Source: an uncultured SAR86 cluster bacterium (GTDB lineage: Bacteria > Pseudomonadota > Gammaproteobacteria > Magnimaribacterales > D2472). Taken from it: DNA of 64,000 nucleotides. Under the pieces are notes generated by a model. It did no database searches and was not told where the DNA came from. It saw nothing but the letters and a program-made list of their open reading frames with translations. Made by a program: the position numbers and the translations under genes. The number at the start of each line of letters is the position of its first letter. The stretch's first letter is position 1. The DNA lies in assembly GCA_902531245.1 (NCBI GenBank), contig CACADH010000003.1:15394-79393 (forward strand), read 5' to 3'. Below, piece by piece: positions 28,038 to 38,872 of the stretch.

Positions 28038-29117
28038 TTGTCTAAAAAAAGAAATCTTTTAGGTTGCTCATTAGAGTCACTCGAAGGTTTTTTTATCAAC
28101 CTACAAGAACCAAAATTTAGAGCAAAACAATTATTAAAATGGATACATCAAAAAGGCGTATTGGATTTTAATTTAATGACAGATTTCAATAAAGACTTAA
28201 GAAAAAAATTATTATCCGTTGCATTAATAGAACCACCAAAAATTTATCAAGAATATATATCAGAAGAGGGTACAATTAAATATCTTATTCAACTTACATC
28301 TGGATCAATGGTAGAGATGGTTATGATTCCAGAAAAAAATAGAAGAACATTATGTGTATCATCTCAGGCAGGTTGTGCACTTCAATGTACTTTCTGCGCT
28401 ACTGGAGCACAAGGATTTGATCAAAATCTTGGAAGTCATGAGATTATTGGACAGCTTTGGCTGGCTAATTTTTATAAAAACAATTCAAAACCTATTACCA
28501 ATGTAGTTTTTATGGGTATGGGAGAGCCTTTATTGAATTATGATGCTGTTATTGAATCAGCTAAGATAATGAAAGACCAACTATCGTATGGATTATCAAG
28601 AAAAAGAATAACAATCAGTACTTCAGGTATAGTCCCTAATATAAATAAATTACCTAAGGATATAGATGTTTCTTTAGCTATTTCCCTCCATGCTGCAGAA
28701 GACAAACTAAGAAACGAAATAGTTCCAATAAATAATAAATATCCTATTAAATCTTTAATCCAATCATGCAAAGACTATTTAGATTACTTTCAAAATAAAA
28801 GAAACATAACGATTGAATATATATTAATCGATGGAGTAAATGATTCGATTGAACATGCTACAAAACTTACGAAACTTTTATCAGATATCTCTTGCAAGAT
28901 AAATCTTATACCTTTCAACAGCTTTCCAGGATCAAATTATAAAAGGCCGAGCAATAATAAGATTGTAGCATTTAAAAAATATCTGATGAGCAAAGGATTA
29001 ATTACAACATTAAGAGTCACTAGAGGTGATGGTGTAGATGCAGCTTGTGGTCAACTAGTGGGAAATCTTTCAAGCTCTATAAAAGGAAAAAATTTAATTA
29101 CTCATAAATTAATATAA
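28038..29117 (+). CDS. rlmN: 23S rRNA/tRNA m2A methyltransferase RlmN
   Basis: CVSSQAGCALQCTFC radical SAM motif, MGMGEPL, DAACGQL. Confidence 0.96.
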   Translation: MSKKRNLLGCSLESLEGFFINLQEPKFRAKQLLKWIHQKGVLDFNLMTDFNKDLRKKLLSVALIEPPKIYQEYISEEGTIKYLIQLTSGSMVEMVMIPEKNRRTLCVSSQAGCALQCTFCATGAQGFDQNLGSHEIIGQLWLANFYKNNSKPITNVVFMGMGEPLLNYDAVIESAKIMKDQLSYGLSRKRITISTSGIVPNINKLPKDIDVSLAISLHAAEDKLRNEIVPINNKYPIKSLIQSCKDYLDYFQNKRNITIEYILIDGVNDSIEHATKLTKLLSDISCKINLIPFNSFPGSNYKRPSNNKIVAFKKYLMSKGLITTLRVTRGDGVDAACGQLVGNLSSSIKGKNLITHKLI

Positions 29118-29881
29118 TGAATAAAGAATTTAAATCAGCTAGCTCTGTAAAGATAGGTAAAAAATTTAAAGAAAGAAGGATTGAATTGGGGCATTCAATT
29201 GAAGAGGTTTCAAAGATATTATTTGTTAATAAGACTCATTTGACTGCAATTGAGGAAGGAAATTATGCCATCTTTCCAAGTGAAGCATTTGCAAAAGCTT
29301 ATTTCAATAAGTATTTAAATTTTCTAGAAATACATTGTGAATTCCCAGGTGTTTTCGAACAAAAAACAGAAAAAAAACATAAAAGAATATTTAAAGAATT
29401 CTCCTTTGATGACTCATTCGATAATAATATTAAGTATTATTTATCTATATTTCTTGTATTTTCTGCAATTTTACTAGGAATATATTTCTTTTCTAATGAA
29501 GAAGTTGTCTCTAAAAATGAAATAAATAATATTGAAGAGATCAAGAAGGAAGAAATTAAATTAGATGACATATTTAAAAGTGTAGAAGATGCTAATCAGA
29601 CAGAAGATAAATCAAACTTAATAACGAAAGGTATACAAGATAATAATTTATTATTAGAGTTTTATGGTGAATGCTGGTTAGAGTTATATGTTAATGATGA
29701 GCTCATAGAAGCAAAACTGTTTTTTGATAACGAAAAATATCTAAGAAATATCAAGATGCCATTTAAAATTATTATAGGAAATGCCGATTTTGTTAAAGGG
29801 TCATATAATAATACTGAGATTGATTTTATTACCAATGCGAATAGACTAACTAAAGTAAATATTATTGTTTTTAATGAGTAA
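29117..29881 (+). CDS. rodZ: RodZ-like HTH/TM protein
   Basis: N-terminal HTH, single TM, C-terminal CWLE..D domain; lies between rlmN and ispG. Confidence 0.8.
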   Translation: MNKEFKSASSVKIGKKFKERRIELGHSIEEVSKILFVNKTHLTAIEEGNYAIFPSEAFAKAYFNKYLNFLEIHCEFPGVFEQKTEKKHKRIFKEFSFDDSFDNNIKYYLSIFLVFSAILLGIYFFSNEEVVSKNEINNIEEIKKEEIKLDDIFKSVEDANQTEDKSNLITKGIQDNNLLLEFYGECWLELYVNDELIEAKLFFDNEKYLRNIKMPFKIIIGNADFVKGSYNNTEIDFITNANRLTKVNIIVFNE

Positions 29882-30977
29882 CTGGATTAAAAGAAAAAAA
29901 ACTAAAACTATTAAAGTCGGCGATGTTTCTGTTGGTGGGGGTAACCCAATATCAGTCCAATCTATGACCAATACCGATACTTGCGATGTTTTATCAACTG
30001 TCAAGCAAATAAATGATCTGGAATTTGCTGGCGCTGATATTGTAAGAGTTTCTGTTCCAGGCTTTGACGAGGCTAAAGCTTTTAAAGAAATTAAAAGTGC
30101 AGTAAATATTCCATTAGTAGCCGATATTCATTTTGATTACAAAATTGCTCTAGAAGTTGCTGATACAGCAGATTGTTTAAGAATAAATCCAGGAAATATT
30201 GGTAAAGAAAAAAAAGTTAAAGAAGTTATAAATGCGGCAAAAGATAATAATGTACCTATAAGGGTTGGTGTAAATGCAGGTTCTTTAGAAAAAGATCTCC
30301 AGAAGAAATACGGGGAACCAAATGCTGACGCCTTAGTTGAATCGGCATTAAGACATGTAGAAATTCTAGATAAATTTAATTTTGATAACTATAAAATGAG
30401 TTTAAAAGCATCAAATATAGAAATGACAGTTGATGCATATCGAAAAATATCAAAAATAATTAATCAACCTCTTCATCTTGGTATCACTGAAGCGGGTAGT
30501 TATAGAGCTGGAACTGTGAAATCTTCTATTGGTGTAGGTATGTTGTTATCTGAGGGGATAGGTGACACCATTAGAATATCTTTAGCATCTGATCCAGTAG
30601 ATGAGATTAAGATTGGATGGGATATTCTTAAAAGTTTAAACATACGAAGTAGAGGAGTTAAGATAATTGCTTGTCCAAGTTGTTCTCGTCAAAATTTTAA
30701 TGTGATAAAAGTTGTTAATGAGCTTGAGCAAAGACTTGAAGATGTTTCTGATGACATAGAAGTAGCAATCATAGGTTGCTATGTTAATGGCCCTGGTGAA
30801 AGTAAAGCTGCAAATATTGGATTAACTGGAGCAAGTCCAAATAATTTGTTATATGTTGATGGTTCACCTAATAAGAAAGTCTCAAATGAAGATTTAGTAA
30901 ATGAATTAGAGGAACAAGTAAGACATAAGATTATTAAAAATAAAACTGAATCGGAAAAGATTATTTTAAGGAGTTAA
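29874..30977 (+). CDS. ispG: HMBPP synthase IspG
   Basis: [37 protein letters not shown]; start placed at ATG 29874. Confidence 0.97.
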   Translation: MSNWIKRKKTKTIKVGDVSVGGGNPISVQSMTNTDTCDVLSTVKQINDLEFAGADIVRVSVPGFDEAKAFKEIKSAVNIPLVADIHFDYKIALEVADTADCLRINPGNIGKEKKVKEVINAAKDNNVPIRVGVNAGSLEKDLQKKYGEPNADALVESALRHVEILDKFNFDNYKMSLKASNIEMTVDAYRKISKIINQPLHLGITEAGSYRAGTVKSSIGVGMLLSEGIGDTIRISLASDPVDEIKIGWDILKSLNIRSRGVKIIACPSCSRQNFNVIKVVNELEQRLEDVSDDIEVAIIGCYVNGPGESKAANIGLTGASPNNLLYVDGSPNKKVSNEDLVNELEEQVRHKIIKNKTESEKIILRS

Positions 30978-30981
30978 TGAA

Positions 30982-32250
30982 GTGGATAAAATTAACTCTT
31001 TAACAGGCATGATGGATTTATTAGCTAGTAAAACCAGTACAGAAGAGCTAGCTAATAAAATTTTTTATACTGAAAAAGTACTCCAAGAAATTTTTGATAA
31101 TTTCAAAATATCTCAAATAAGAACTCCATCTCTTGAGCATACAAATCTTTTCAGGAGATCTGTTGGAGACTTATCAGATATTGTAAATAAGGAGCTATAT
31201 ACATTTTCTGATAAGAATGATAGAAGCATTACCCTTAGACCTGAGGGTACAGCAAGTGTTATTCGATCTTTAATTGAAAAAAAATTAGATGGTGATTTTC
31301 ATAAACTATGGTATCTAGGACCAATGTGGAGGTATGAAAGACCTCAAAAGGGAAGATATAGGCAATTTAATCAAGCTGGTGTTGAAATTCTTGGATATAA
31401 AGAAGGAATGGCAGAATTTGAAATGATTTCAATGGTATGTTCAATAAACCATAGATTAAAAATTGAGAAACCAAAAATCAAGATAAACCATCTTGGGGAT
31501 AACGAAACAAAAAAGAATTTTTGTGATGCCTTGATTAAATATTTGAAACCTATCAAATCTCAATTAGATGAAAAAGATTTGTCCAGATTGGAAAAAAATC
31601 CATTAAGAATCCTTGATTCTAAAAGTACAAAGACCATAGAACTTCTAAAGGATGGACCAAAAATATCTGAATTTCTTCAAGAAAGTTCTCTAAAAATTAT
31701 GGATTTGATTGTAGATACATTTTCAGATGAATGTGAAATACAAATAGATCATAATCTAGTAAGAGGTTTGGATTATTACACTGGCTTTGTTTTTGAAGCT
31801 ATTTCTTCAAATTTAGGTGCTCAAGACGCTTATTTAGGTGGAGGAAGGTATGATAATCTCTGCAAACAGCTTGGCGGCAAAGATCTACCTGCAATAGGTA
31901 TGGCTATTGGAATTGAAAGACTATCTCTTTTATCAAACGTATTAGAAGAATATAAAACATCTATATCCTTAATAATTATTTCTAGCAATATGGAACCAAA
32001 AGCATATAAAATAGCGCACAACATAAGATCATTAAATAATAATATCAATGTTGATGTTCAGCTTTCAGATGGAAGTTTGAAATCAAAATTAAGAAGAGCA
32101 AATAAAGATAATTCTTCTTACGCAATTATTATTGGAGATGAAGAATTGGGTTCAGATTCTGTAATAGTTAAATCATTGTCTGACGATGATTCTGAGCAAA
32201 TTATTATGAAAATGAATGACTTTAATAATTTTATTAAGAATTTGAAATAG
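30982..32250 (+). CDS. hisS: histidine--tRNA ligase
   Basis: LRPEGTA, RYERPQKGRYRQF, LVRGLDYY, GGGRYD. Confidence 0.97.
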   Translation: MDKINSLTGMMDLLASKTSTEELANKIFYTEKVLQEIFDNFKISQIRTPSLEHTNLFRRSVGDLSDIVNKELYTFSDKNDRSITLRPEGTASVIRSLIEKKLDGDFHKLWYLGPMWRYERPQKGRYRQFNQAGVEILGYKEGMAEFEMISMVCSINHRLKIEKPKIKINHLGDNETKKNFCDALIKYLKPIKSQLDEKDLSRLEKNPLRILDSKSTKTIELLKDGPKISEFLQESSLKIMDLIVDTFSDECEIQIDHNLVRGLDYYTGFVFEAISSNLGAQDAYLGGGRYDNLCKQLGGKDLPAIGMAIGIERLSLLSNVLEEYKTSISLIIISSNMEPKAYKIAHNIRSLNNNINVDVQLSDGSLKSKLRRANKDNSSYAIIIGDEELGSDSVIVKSLSDDDSEQIIMKMNDFNNFIKNLK

Positions 32251-32259
32251 GATCCTATT

Positions 32260-32904
32260 ATGAATAATGTTTACGAAAATAATATGAGATTTGTTCCTTT
32301 TTTAAAATTTTTAGATAAGTACAAAAAAATTATTGTAGCCATTTTTATTTTAGTCATATCAGCCATCGCTTTTTTTATTATTTCTAATCAAATTGAAAAA
32401 CAAAATAATGAAGAGGCATCTGTTTTATATAGTGAATGGCTTGAAGAACTTTCTAATGAAAATCCTAATTTGGATAATTTAAATACTATTCTAAATCAAC
32501 TTTTAGAAGATTATAAAAATACTGGATACACTAAACTTGCGCTTCTCAGCAAAGCAAATATGGATGCTAAATCAAATAAATTTAATCAAGCATTAGAGAA
32601 TTTCAATATTCTTATTGATCTAACAAATGGATTTGGAGGTAATAAAATTTTTAATAAAATGGCAAGAGTTAGTGCTGCTCGAATATTGCTTGCACTAGAT
32701 CGTTATGAAGAAGCTCTTAAAATGGTTGACACTTATTCTTCCTCTGGCACTAATGGTTATATCCATGAATTAACTGGCGATATTTTGGTTAAACAGAATA
32801 AGAACAATCTAGCTATTACACAATATGAATTAGCAGCTGCTAAATATTCTGATGAAACATCAAAGTCAATTATATCAATGAAGATTGCAAATATTGGGAC
32901 TTAA
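32260..32904 (+). CDS. yfgM: YfgM family TPR membrane protein
   Basis: Single TM plus TPR-like helices (ELTGDIL); hisS-yfgM-bamB-der synteny. Confidence 0.8.
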   Translation: MNNVYENNMRFVPFLKFLDKYKKIIVAIFILVISAIAFFIISNQIEKQNNEEASVLYSEWLEELSNENPNLDNLNTILNQLLEDYKNTGYTKLALLSKANMDAKSNKFNQALENFNILIDLTNGFGGNKIFNKMARVSAARILLALDRYEEALKMVDTYSSSGTNGYIHELTGDILVKQNKNNLAITQYELAAAKYSDETSKSIISMKIANIGT

Positions 32905-32905
32905 G

Positions 32906-34069
32906 ATGAGATCATTAAGAATCAATTTTTTTGTTCTTCCAATGTTAATTGTTATTAGTTCATGCTCATCTTTAGATGGTTTAAGATTTTGGCAAAGTGA
33001 TGAAATTGATCCTGATGAACCCAAAGAACTTATTGCTTTAAATAATCAAGATAATATAAATATTTCAATTATGTGGAAGAAATCCAATAAAGGCGATAAT
33101 CAAATGGGTAATTTTCTTCCTGACTTTAGCGCTCAGAATTTATTTTTTAGCAATCCATCAGGTAATGTTTATTCCGTTAATGCAAATAATGGGAATCAGA
33201 ACTGGGCTACTGAATTAAATTTTTTAGCTTCTGGAACTGCAGCAGGTTTTGGTATTGTTGTTGTATCAGATATTGAAGGAAACGTAATTGCTCTTGATCA
33301 AAATGATGGTTCTGAATTATGGTCATCAAATGTAAAGGGCGAGGTTTTAAGTAAAGCTGCAATAGACGCTAAATTAGTTATTATTAAAACAGGGTCTGGT
33401 GAATTATTAGGTTTAAATAAAGAAACTGGTTCAATCCAGTGGTCCTATAGATCTAAATTACCATTATTAACGGTTAGGGGAAGTAGTAGCCCAGTAATTG
33501 TAGATGACAAAATTTATGCTTCTTTTGATAATGGCAGGCTTGGAGTATTTGAATTAAATACTGGATTCCAAGTTTGGGATGGTGCTATATCTTATGTAAG
33601 AGGTGTCTCAGAACTCGAAAATCTTATTGATTCAGATTCTGATCCAGTTGTTGATGGCCCTTTAATTTATACTACTAATTATCAAGGAAATTTAAATATT
33701 TTTGATACTACACAAAAAAGGTCAGTATGGTCTTATGAAACATCATCTTTTTATTCCCCGATTATTACAAGAGGAATGCTTATGGTTATTGAGGCTAACT
33801 CTGGAATAAGATCCTTCGCAATAAAAACTTTACAAGAATCTTGGATAAATGAGGATTATCTTAATAGAGATTTATCAAATGCTGTTAGTTTCAAAGGAAA
33901 CTTAATTGTTGGCGATTTTGAAGGATATCTCCATATTGTAGATCCACTTAATGGAAAAACAATTGCCAGACAAAAAATCTCTAGAAAGCCTATTAAAACA
34001 GTTTTGAGTAGAAGTAATAGTTTATATGTTATCGATGAAGCATTTAATCTATTTTCAATAAACATATAA
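32906..34069 (+). CDS. bamB: outer membrane assembly lipoprotein BamB
   Basis: Lipobox ISSC after the ATG at 32906, PQQ-type propeller repeats, LTVRGSSSP, GDFEGYLH. Confidence 0.9.
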   Translation: MRSLRINFFVLPMLIVISSCSSLDGLRFWQSDEIDPDEPKELIALNNQDNINISIMWKKSNKGDNQMGNFLPDFSAQNLFFSNPSGNVYSVNANNGNQNWATELNFLASGTAAGFGIVVVSDIEGNVIALDQNDGSELWSSNVKGEVLSKAAIDAKLVIIKTGSGELLGLNKETGSIQWSYRSKLPLLTVRGSSSPVIVDDKIYASFDNGRLGVFELNTGFQVWDGAISYVRGVSELENLIDSDSDPVVDGPLIYTTNYQGNLNIFDTTQKRSVWSYETSSFYSPIITRGMLMVIEANSGIRSFAIKTLQESWINEDYLNRDLSNAVSFKGNLIVGDFEGYLHIVDPLNGKTIARQKISRKPIKTVLSRSNSLYVIDEAFNLFSINI

Positions 34070-34083
34070 AATGAATTTTAGAT

Positions 34084-35469
34084 ATGTTCACTTCAATAGC
34101 AATAATAGGGCGACCCAACGTAGGTAAATCAACCTTATTTAATAAACTAACTAATTCGAGAGATGCAATAGTCTCTGATTTTCCTGGGCTTACAAAAGAT
34201 AGAAATCATGGTTTTATCAATTTAAAAAATAAAAAAGCATTTTTAATTGATACAGGAGGCATAGTTAACGATAAAGAAGAAATTAAAGAAGCTATTTCTA
34301 AGCAAGCGTGGAATGCTGTTATGGAATCAAATCTGACAATTCTTTTATTTGATGGTTCCGAAGAATTAAATAATGAAGATTTAAATATAATTTCTAGACT
34401 TAGGAAGCTAAGCAAAGAGTTCGTAACAGTAATTAATAAGATTGATAAAAAATCCACATCCTCAATTAAAGAGGATCTGCATAAGAATGGAATTATAAAT
34501 ATGATTGAAATTAGTGCGGAACACTCATCTAATTTAAATATTTTAAAATCTGAATTAGAGAAAGGATTGTCAGAAACATCTATTGATGTACCCGATGGTA
34601 AAAAAGTTGCAATACTTGGAAGACCAAATGCAGGAAAATCTACTTTTATAAATAAATTAATAAATGAAGAAAGATTGATAGTAAGTGAGATTGCTGGGAC
34701 AACTATAGATGCTATAAGTATTCCATTTGAATTTAATGATGAAAATTTTATTTTAATTGATACTGCCGGCATTAGGAAAGGATATAAATATAATCATAAA
34801 GTAGAATATTTTTCATTTGTTAGAAGCATGTACGCTATTGATCAAAGCGATATTGTTATATTAATGTGCGATATTAATGAAGGTCTTGTAGATCAAGATA
34901 TGAAAATATTAAACATGATTATTGAAAATGGAAAGCCAGTACTTTTAGCATTTAACAAAATTGACTTAGTTTCAAAATCTGAATTAGAAAAAAAATATAA
35001 TTCTAAAAAAATGCAATCCGAATTCATGAAAAATATAGAACAAGTTGAAATATCTGCTATTAAAAAGAAAGGATTTAAAAAAATATTCAATCTGACAGAT
35101 AAACTAATCAAGAAATCCCAAACAAAATTTTCTACATCAATGCTAAATAAGTTGTTAGAAAAATTTGTAAATGCTAGCGCACCTCCAGCAATTTCTGGAA
35201 GACAACTTAAATTTAAGCATGTACATTTTGGTGGAACTCATCCAACAACCTTAATAATTAACTCTAACCAAGACAAGAAGATACCAAAAAACTATAAAAA
35301 ATATTTAGAAAATAGTTTTCGTTCAGAATTAGGTCTTAAAAGCATTCAATTAAAAATTATTTTCAGAAAATCTTTGAATCCATATGAGGGGAAAAAAAAT
35401 AAGCTCTCAGAAAGGCAATTGAAAAAAAGACAGCGTCTTATTAAGCACACAAAGAAATCAAAAAAGTGA
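34084..35469 (+). CDS. der: ribosome biogenesis GTPase Der
   Basis: Two G domains (GRPNVGKS/DTGG/NKID and GRPNAGKS/DTAG/NKID). Confidence 0.97.
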   Translation: MFTSIAIIGRPNVGKSTLFNKLTNSRDAIVSDFPGLTKDRNHGFINLKNKKAFLIDTGGIVNDKEEIKEAISKQAWNAVMESNLTILLFDGSEELNNEDLNIISRLRKLSKEFVTVINKIDKKSTSSIKEDLHKNGIINMIEISAEHSSNLNILKSELEKGLSETSIDVPDGKKVAILGRPNAGKSTFINKLINEERLIVSEIAGTTIDAISIPFEFNDENFILIDTAGIRKGYKYNHKVEYFSFVRSMYAIDQSDIVILMCDINEGLVDQDMKILNMIIENGKPVLLAFNKIDLVSKSELEKKYNSKKMQSEFMKNIEQVEISAIKKKGFKKIFNLTDKLIKKSQTKFSTSMLNKLLEKFVNASAPPAISGRQLKFKHVHFGGTHPTTLIINSNQDKKIPKNYKKYLENSFRSELGLKSIQLKIIFRKSLNPYEGKKNKLSERQLKKRQRLIKHTKKSKK

Positions 35470-35564
35470 TGTTTATTAAGAGATATACACTAATTTGAAT
35501 AACAAATCTGCTGTATAATCTCCACTGATAACAATAAATTATTGATATTAATAATAAGCACACA

Positions 35565-35948
35565 ATGCAAGAAAGGCCAGTATATCTTGATCTGACAAAA
35601 ATCAGACTTCCTATGTCTGCATTTTCTTCAATTACTCATCGTTTGTCTGGTATGTATGTGTTTTTTATTACATTACCATTAATGCTATATATCCTTAATC
35701 AATCCACATCTTCTAAATCGAGTTACGAAAAATTATTAATTGATATATCTACAATATCATTTTTTTCTATTATTGTTTTTATAAGTATTGCAATATTTTG
35801 GTATCACATACTAACTGGGATAAGACACTTAATAATGGACTTTTTTCATATTGGAGAGTCACTTAACGGTTCTCATTATTCTTCTATTTTTACAGCAATT
35901 TTTTGGATTTTGAGTTCTATAATTTTATTTGGGTATTTATTCCTATGA
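35565..35948 (+). CDS. sdhC: succinate dehydrogenase cytochrome b556 subunit
   Basis: RPVYLDL, SITHRLSG, HILTGIRHLIMD. Confidence 0.93.
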   Translation: MQERPVYLDLTKIRLPMSAFSSITHRLSGMYVFFITLPLMLYILNQSTSSKSSYEKLLIDISTISFFSIIVFISIAIFWYHILTGIRHLIMDFFHIGESLNGSHYSSIFTAIFWILSSIILFGYLFL

Positions 35949-36304
35949 AAGGTTCAATTATATGGAATGCCCAACGTTATAGCTCGGTTCTAATTCTAGC
36001 TTACTTGATTTATATTTTAAGCTTCATATTCTCTAATGATGAGATTAATTTCTTTTCTTGGTCTAATTTTTTCCTTTCTTTTGAAGTTAGGCTTTTAACA
36101 TCGATTGTTTTTATAATGATAGTTATGCATGCTTTTATTGGACTATGGACAGTAGGAACAGACTATCTAACTGTCAGAACTCTAGGATTTCTTAATAAAT
36201 CAATATCGAAAAGGGCAAATTTACTTAGAAACACATATTTCTTTATTTTTGGATTGCTTGGACTGGTTTATTTAATAAGTATTTTGTATATAATATGGTT
36301 ATAA
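35945..36304 (+). CDS. sdhD: succinate dehydrogenase membrane anchor
   Basis: W..QR.S, HAFIGLWTVGTDY; ATGA overlap with sdhC places the start at 35945. Confidence 0.9.
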   Translation: MKGSIIWNAQRYSSVLILAYLIYILSFIFSNDEINFFSWSNFFLSFEVRLLTSIVFIMIVMHAFIGLWTVGTDYLTVRTLGFLNKSISKRANLLRNTYFFIFGLLGLVYLISILYIIWL

Positions 36305-36332
36305 ACATTAATGATATATAATTATAAATATT

Positions 36333-38117
36333 ATGAATAATATATTTACTAACAATATAAAAACTATTGAGTTTGATTCCTTAATTATTGGTGGCGGCGG
36401 CTCTGGCATGAGAGCATCTCTTGAGCTAGCTAAATCTGGATTAAATACTGCTGTTGTTTCTAAGGTTTTTCCTACTAGATCACATACAGTTTCTGCCCAA
36501 GGTGGCATAACATGCGCTATTGCGAGCGCTGATCCTAACGATGATTGGAGATGGCATATGTATGATACTGTTAAAGGCGCAGATTTTATTGGTGATCAAG
36601 ATGCAATAGAATATTTATGTTCTGAAGGGCCAAAAGCTGTCTTTGAACTAGAGCATATGGGATTACCCTTTTCAAGATTTGAAAATGGAAGAATATATCA
36701 AAGGCCTTTTGGTGGGCAATCAAAAGATTTTGGTAAGGGAGGGCAAGCTGCTAGAACATGTGCGGCTGCTGATAGAACTGGACATGCTCTTCTTCACACT
36801 CTTTATCAGAATAATGTTAAGGAAGGTACAAATTTTTTAAATGAATGGTTCGCAGTTGATTTAGTAAAAAATTCAAAAGACGAAGTGACTGGAGTTATAG
36901 CCTTCTCAATAGAGAGTGGCGAAGTTGCATATTTAAAAGCTCAGGCCACTGTTCTAGCCACAGGAGGCGCTGGAAGAATTTATGCATCAACAACTAATGC
37001 ACTTATTAATACTGGTGATGGACTAGCTATGGCTTTAAGAGCTGGTTTTCCTGCACAAGACATGGAAATGTGGCAGTTTCATCCTACAGGAATATATGGT
37101 GCGGGCTCGCTTGTCACAGAAGGTTGTAGAGGTGAAGGCGGTTATTTAATCAATAAAGATGGCGAACGATTTATGGAAAGGTATGCTCCAAATGTTAAAG
37201 ACTTAGCAGGAAGAGATGTTGTTGCAAGATCTATGGTTCTTGAGATTCTTGAAGGAAGGGGATGTGGCGAAAATAACGATCATATTTTTTTGAAGCTTGA
37301 TCATTTAGGGTCTGAAGTTTTAAACTCAAAATTGCCTGGAATTTGTGAACTCTCTAGAACATTTGCCCATGTAGATCCTGTGTATGAGCCTATTCCTGTA
37401 GTACCAACTTGTCATTATATGATGGGAGGAACACCAACTAATGTTTCAGGCCAAGCTTTCACTAGAACAAACAATCAAGACCATTTAATAAATGGTTTAT
37501 TTTCTGCAGGTGAGGCAGCATGCGTATCAGTTCATGGAGCAAACAGGTTAGGTGGAAACTCATTACTTGATTTAGTTGTGTTTGGAAGAGCAACAGGCAT
37601 GCATATTCAAAGCGAATTAAAATCTGGTGGTGGAGTTAGCTCTGCTTCAAAGAGTGATATCGATCAGTCACTAGAAAGATTAAATAAACTAAATGAATCT
37701 ACTAATGGCTTTGATACAGCTGAAGTAAAAAAAGAACTTCAAGAATGCATGCAAAATTATTTTGGTGTTTTTAGAAGAGGAGACTTTATGAAAAAAGGTT
37801 TAGATCAACTAAGCGCTTTAAAGGAAAAAGTTTATAACCTTCATCTCAAAGATAAAAGTGATGCCTTTAATACTAGCAGAGTAGAAGCAATTGAACTTCA
37901 AAATCTTTTTGAGGTTGCTGAATCTACTGCAATTTCTGCATATGAAAGAACAGAAAGCAGAGGCGCTCATGCTAGAGATGATTATCCAGATAGAGATGAT
38001 GAAAACTGGCTGTGCCATACCATTTACGAACCTCAAAATAAAATTGTCAGCAAACGAGAGGTAAATTTTAATCCAGAAAAAGTTAAAGCTTTCCCTCCAA
38101 TGGTAAGGACATATTAA
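36333..38117 (+). CDS. sdhA: succinate dehydrogenase flavoprotein
   Basis: [13 protein letters not shown]-His motif, [17 protein letters not shown]. Confidence 0.98.
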   Translation: MNNIFTNNIKTIEFDSLIIGGGGSGMRASLELAKSGLNTAVVSKVFPTRSHTVSAQGGITCAIASADPNDDWRWHMYDTVKGADFIGDQDAIEYLCSEGPKAVFELEHMGLPFSRFENGRIYQRPFGGQSKDFGKGGQAARTCAAADRTGHALLHTLYQNNVKEGTNFLNEWFAVDLVKNSKDEVTGVIAFSIESGEVAYLKAQATVLATGGAGRIYASTTNALINTGDGLAMALRAGFPAQDMEMWQFHPTGIYGAGSLVTEGCRGEGGYLINKDGERFMERYAPNVKDLAGRDVVARSMVLEILEGRGCGENNDHIFLKLDHLGSEVLNSKLPGICELSRTFAHVDPVYEPIPVVPTCHYMMGGTPTNVSGQAFTRTNNQDHLINGLFSAGEAACVSVHGANRLGGNSLLDLVVFGRATGMHIQSELKSGGGVSSASKSDIDQSLERLNKLNESTNGFDTAEVKKELQECMQNYFGVFRRGDFMKKGLDQLSALKEKVYNLHLKDKSDAFNTSRVEAIELQNLFEVAESTAISAYERTESRGAHARDDYPDRDDENWLCHTIYEPQNKIVSKREVNFNPEKVKAFPPMVRTY

Positions 38118-38857
38118 TGATTGGCAATCAACTTCATATTAGCTTATATAGATACAATCCTGAAGAGGATAAGTTCCCATATATGAAAAAGTATAAAATT
38201 GATAAACCAAAAAAAGACATAATGGTTTTAGATTTACTTAATCTTCTTAAAGAAGAAGATCAATCGATTTCTTACAGAAGGTCTTGCAGAGAGGGCGTAT
38301 GTGGCTCCGATGGAATGAATATTAATGGTAAGAATGGTTTAGCATGTATAACTCCAATATCATCTGTAATTAAAAAAAATAAGATAGAATTAAGACCACT
38401 TCCAGGTTTGCCTGTTATTAGAGATTTGGTTGTAGATATGACTGAGTTTTATAACCAATATGAAAAAATAAAACCATTTTTACAAAATGAAACAACTGCT
38501 CCAGAACAAGAAAGACTTCAGTCTCCTGAAGAAAGAGATAAGTTAGATGGTTTATACGAATGTATTCTGTGTGCATGTTGTTCGACAAGCTGTCCATCAT
38601 TTTGGTGGAATCCTGATAAATTTGTTGGCCCAGCTGCCTTACTTCAAGCCTACAGATTTCTTGCAGACTCTAGAGATTTAAAGACTCAAGAAAGACTTGA
38701 ATCTTTATCTGATCCTTTCAGCGTTTATAGATGTCATGGAATCATGAATTGCGTAAATGTTTGTCCAAAAGGCCTTAATCCAAATAAAGCAATTGGTGAG
38801 ATAAAATCAATGTTACATAAAAATAAAAAGGATATAATTGTTTCCGACGGGGTATAA
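38117..38857 (+). CDS. sdhB: succinate dehydrogenase iron-sulfur subunit
   Basis: SCREGVCGSDG, CILCACCSTSCP, CHGIMNCVNVCP. Confidence 0.98.
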   Translation: MIGNQLHISLYRYNPEEDKFPYMKKYKIDKPKKDIMVLDLLNLLKEEDQSISYRRSCREGVCGSDGMNINGKNGLACITPISSVIKKNKIELRPLPGLPVIRDLVVDMTEFYNQYEKIKPFLQNETTAPEQERLQSPEERDKLDGLYECILCACCSTSCPSFWWNPDKFVGPAALLQAYRFLADSRDLKTQERLESLSDPFSVYRCHGIMNCVNVCPKGLNPNKAIGEIKSMLHKNKKDIIVSDGV

Positions 38858-38872
38858 AATACAGGCAAAAAA

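Noticed and set aside
34206-34772. 188-aa antisense ORF inside der, and similar shadow ORFs (e.g. 22354-22794, 59289-59660, 47321-47626, 10250-10585)
   Set aside because: They lie wholly opposite well-conserved genes, have no recognisable motifs, and have the composition expected of antisense reading frames.
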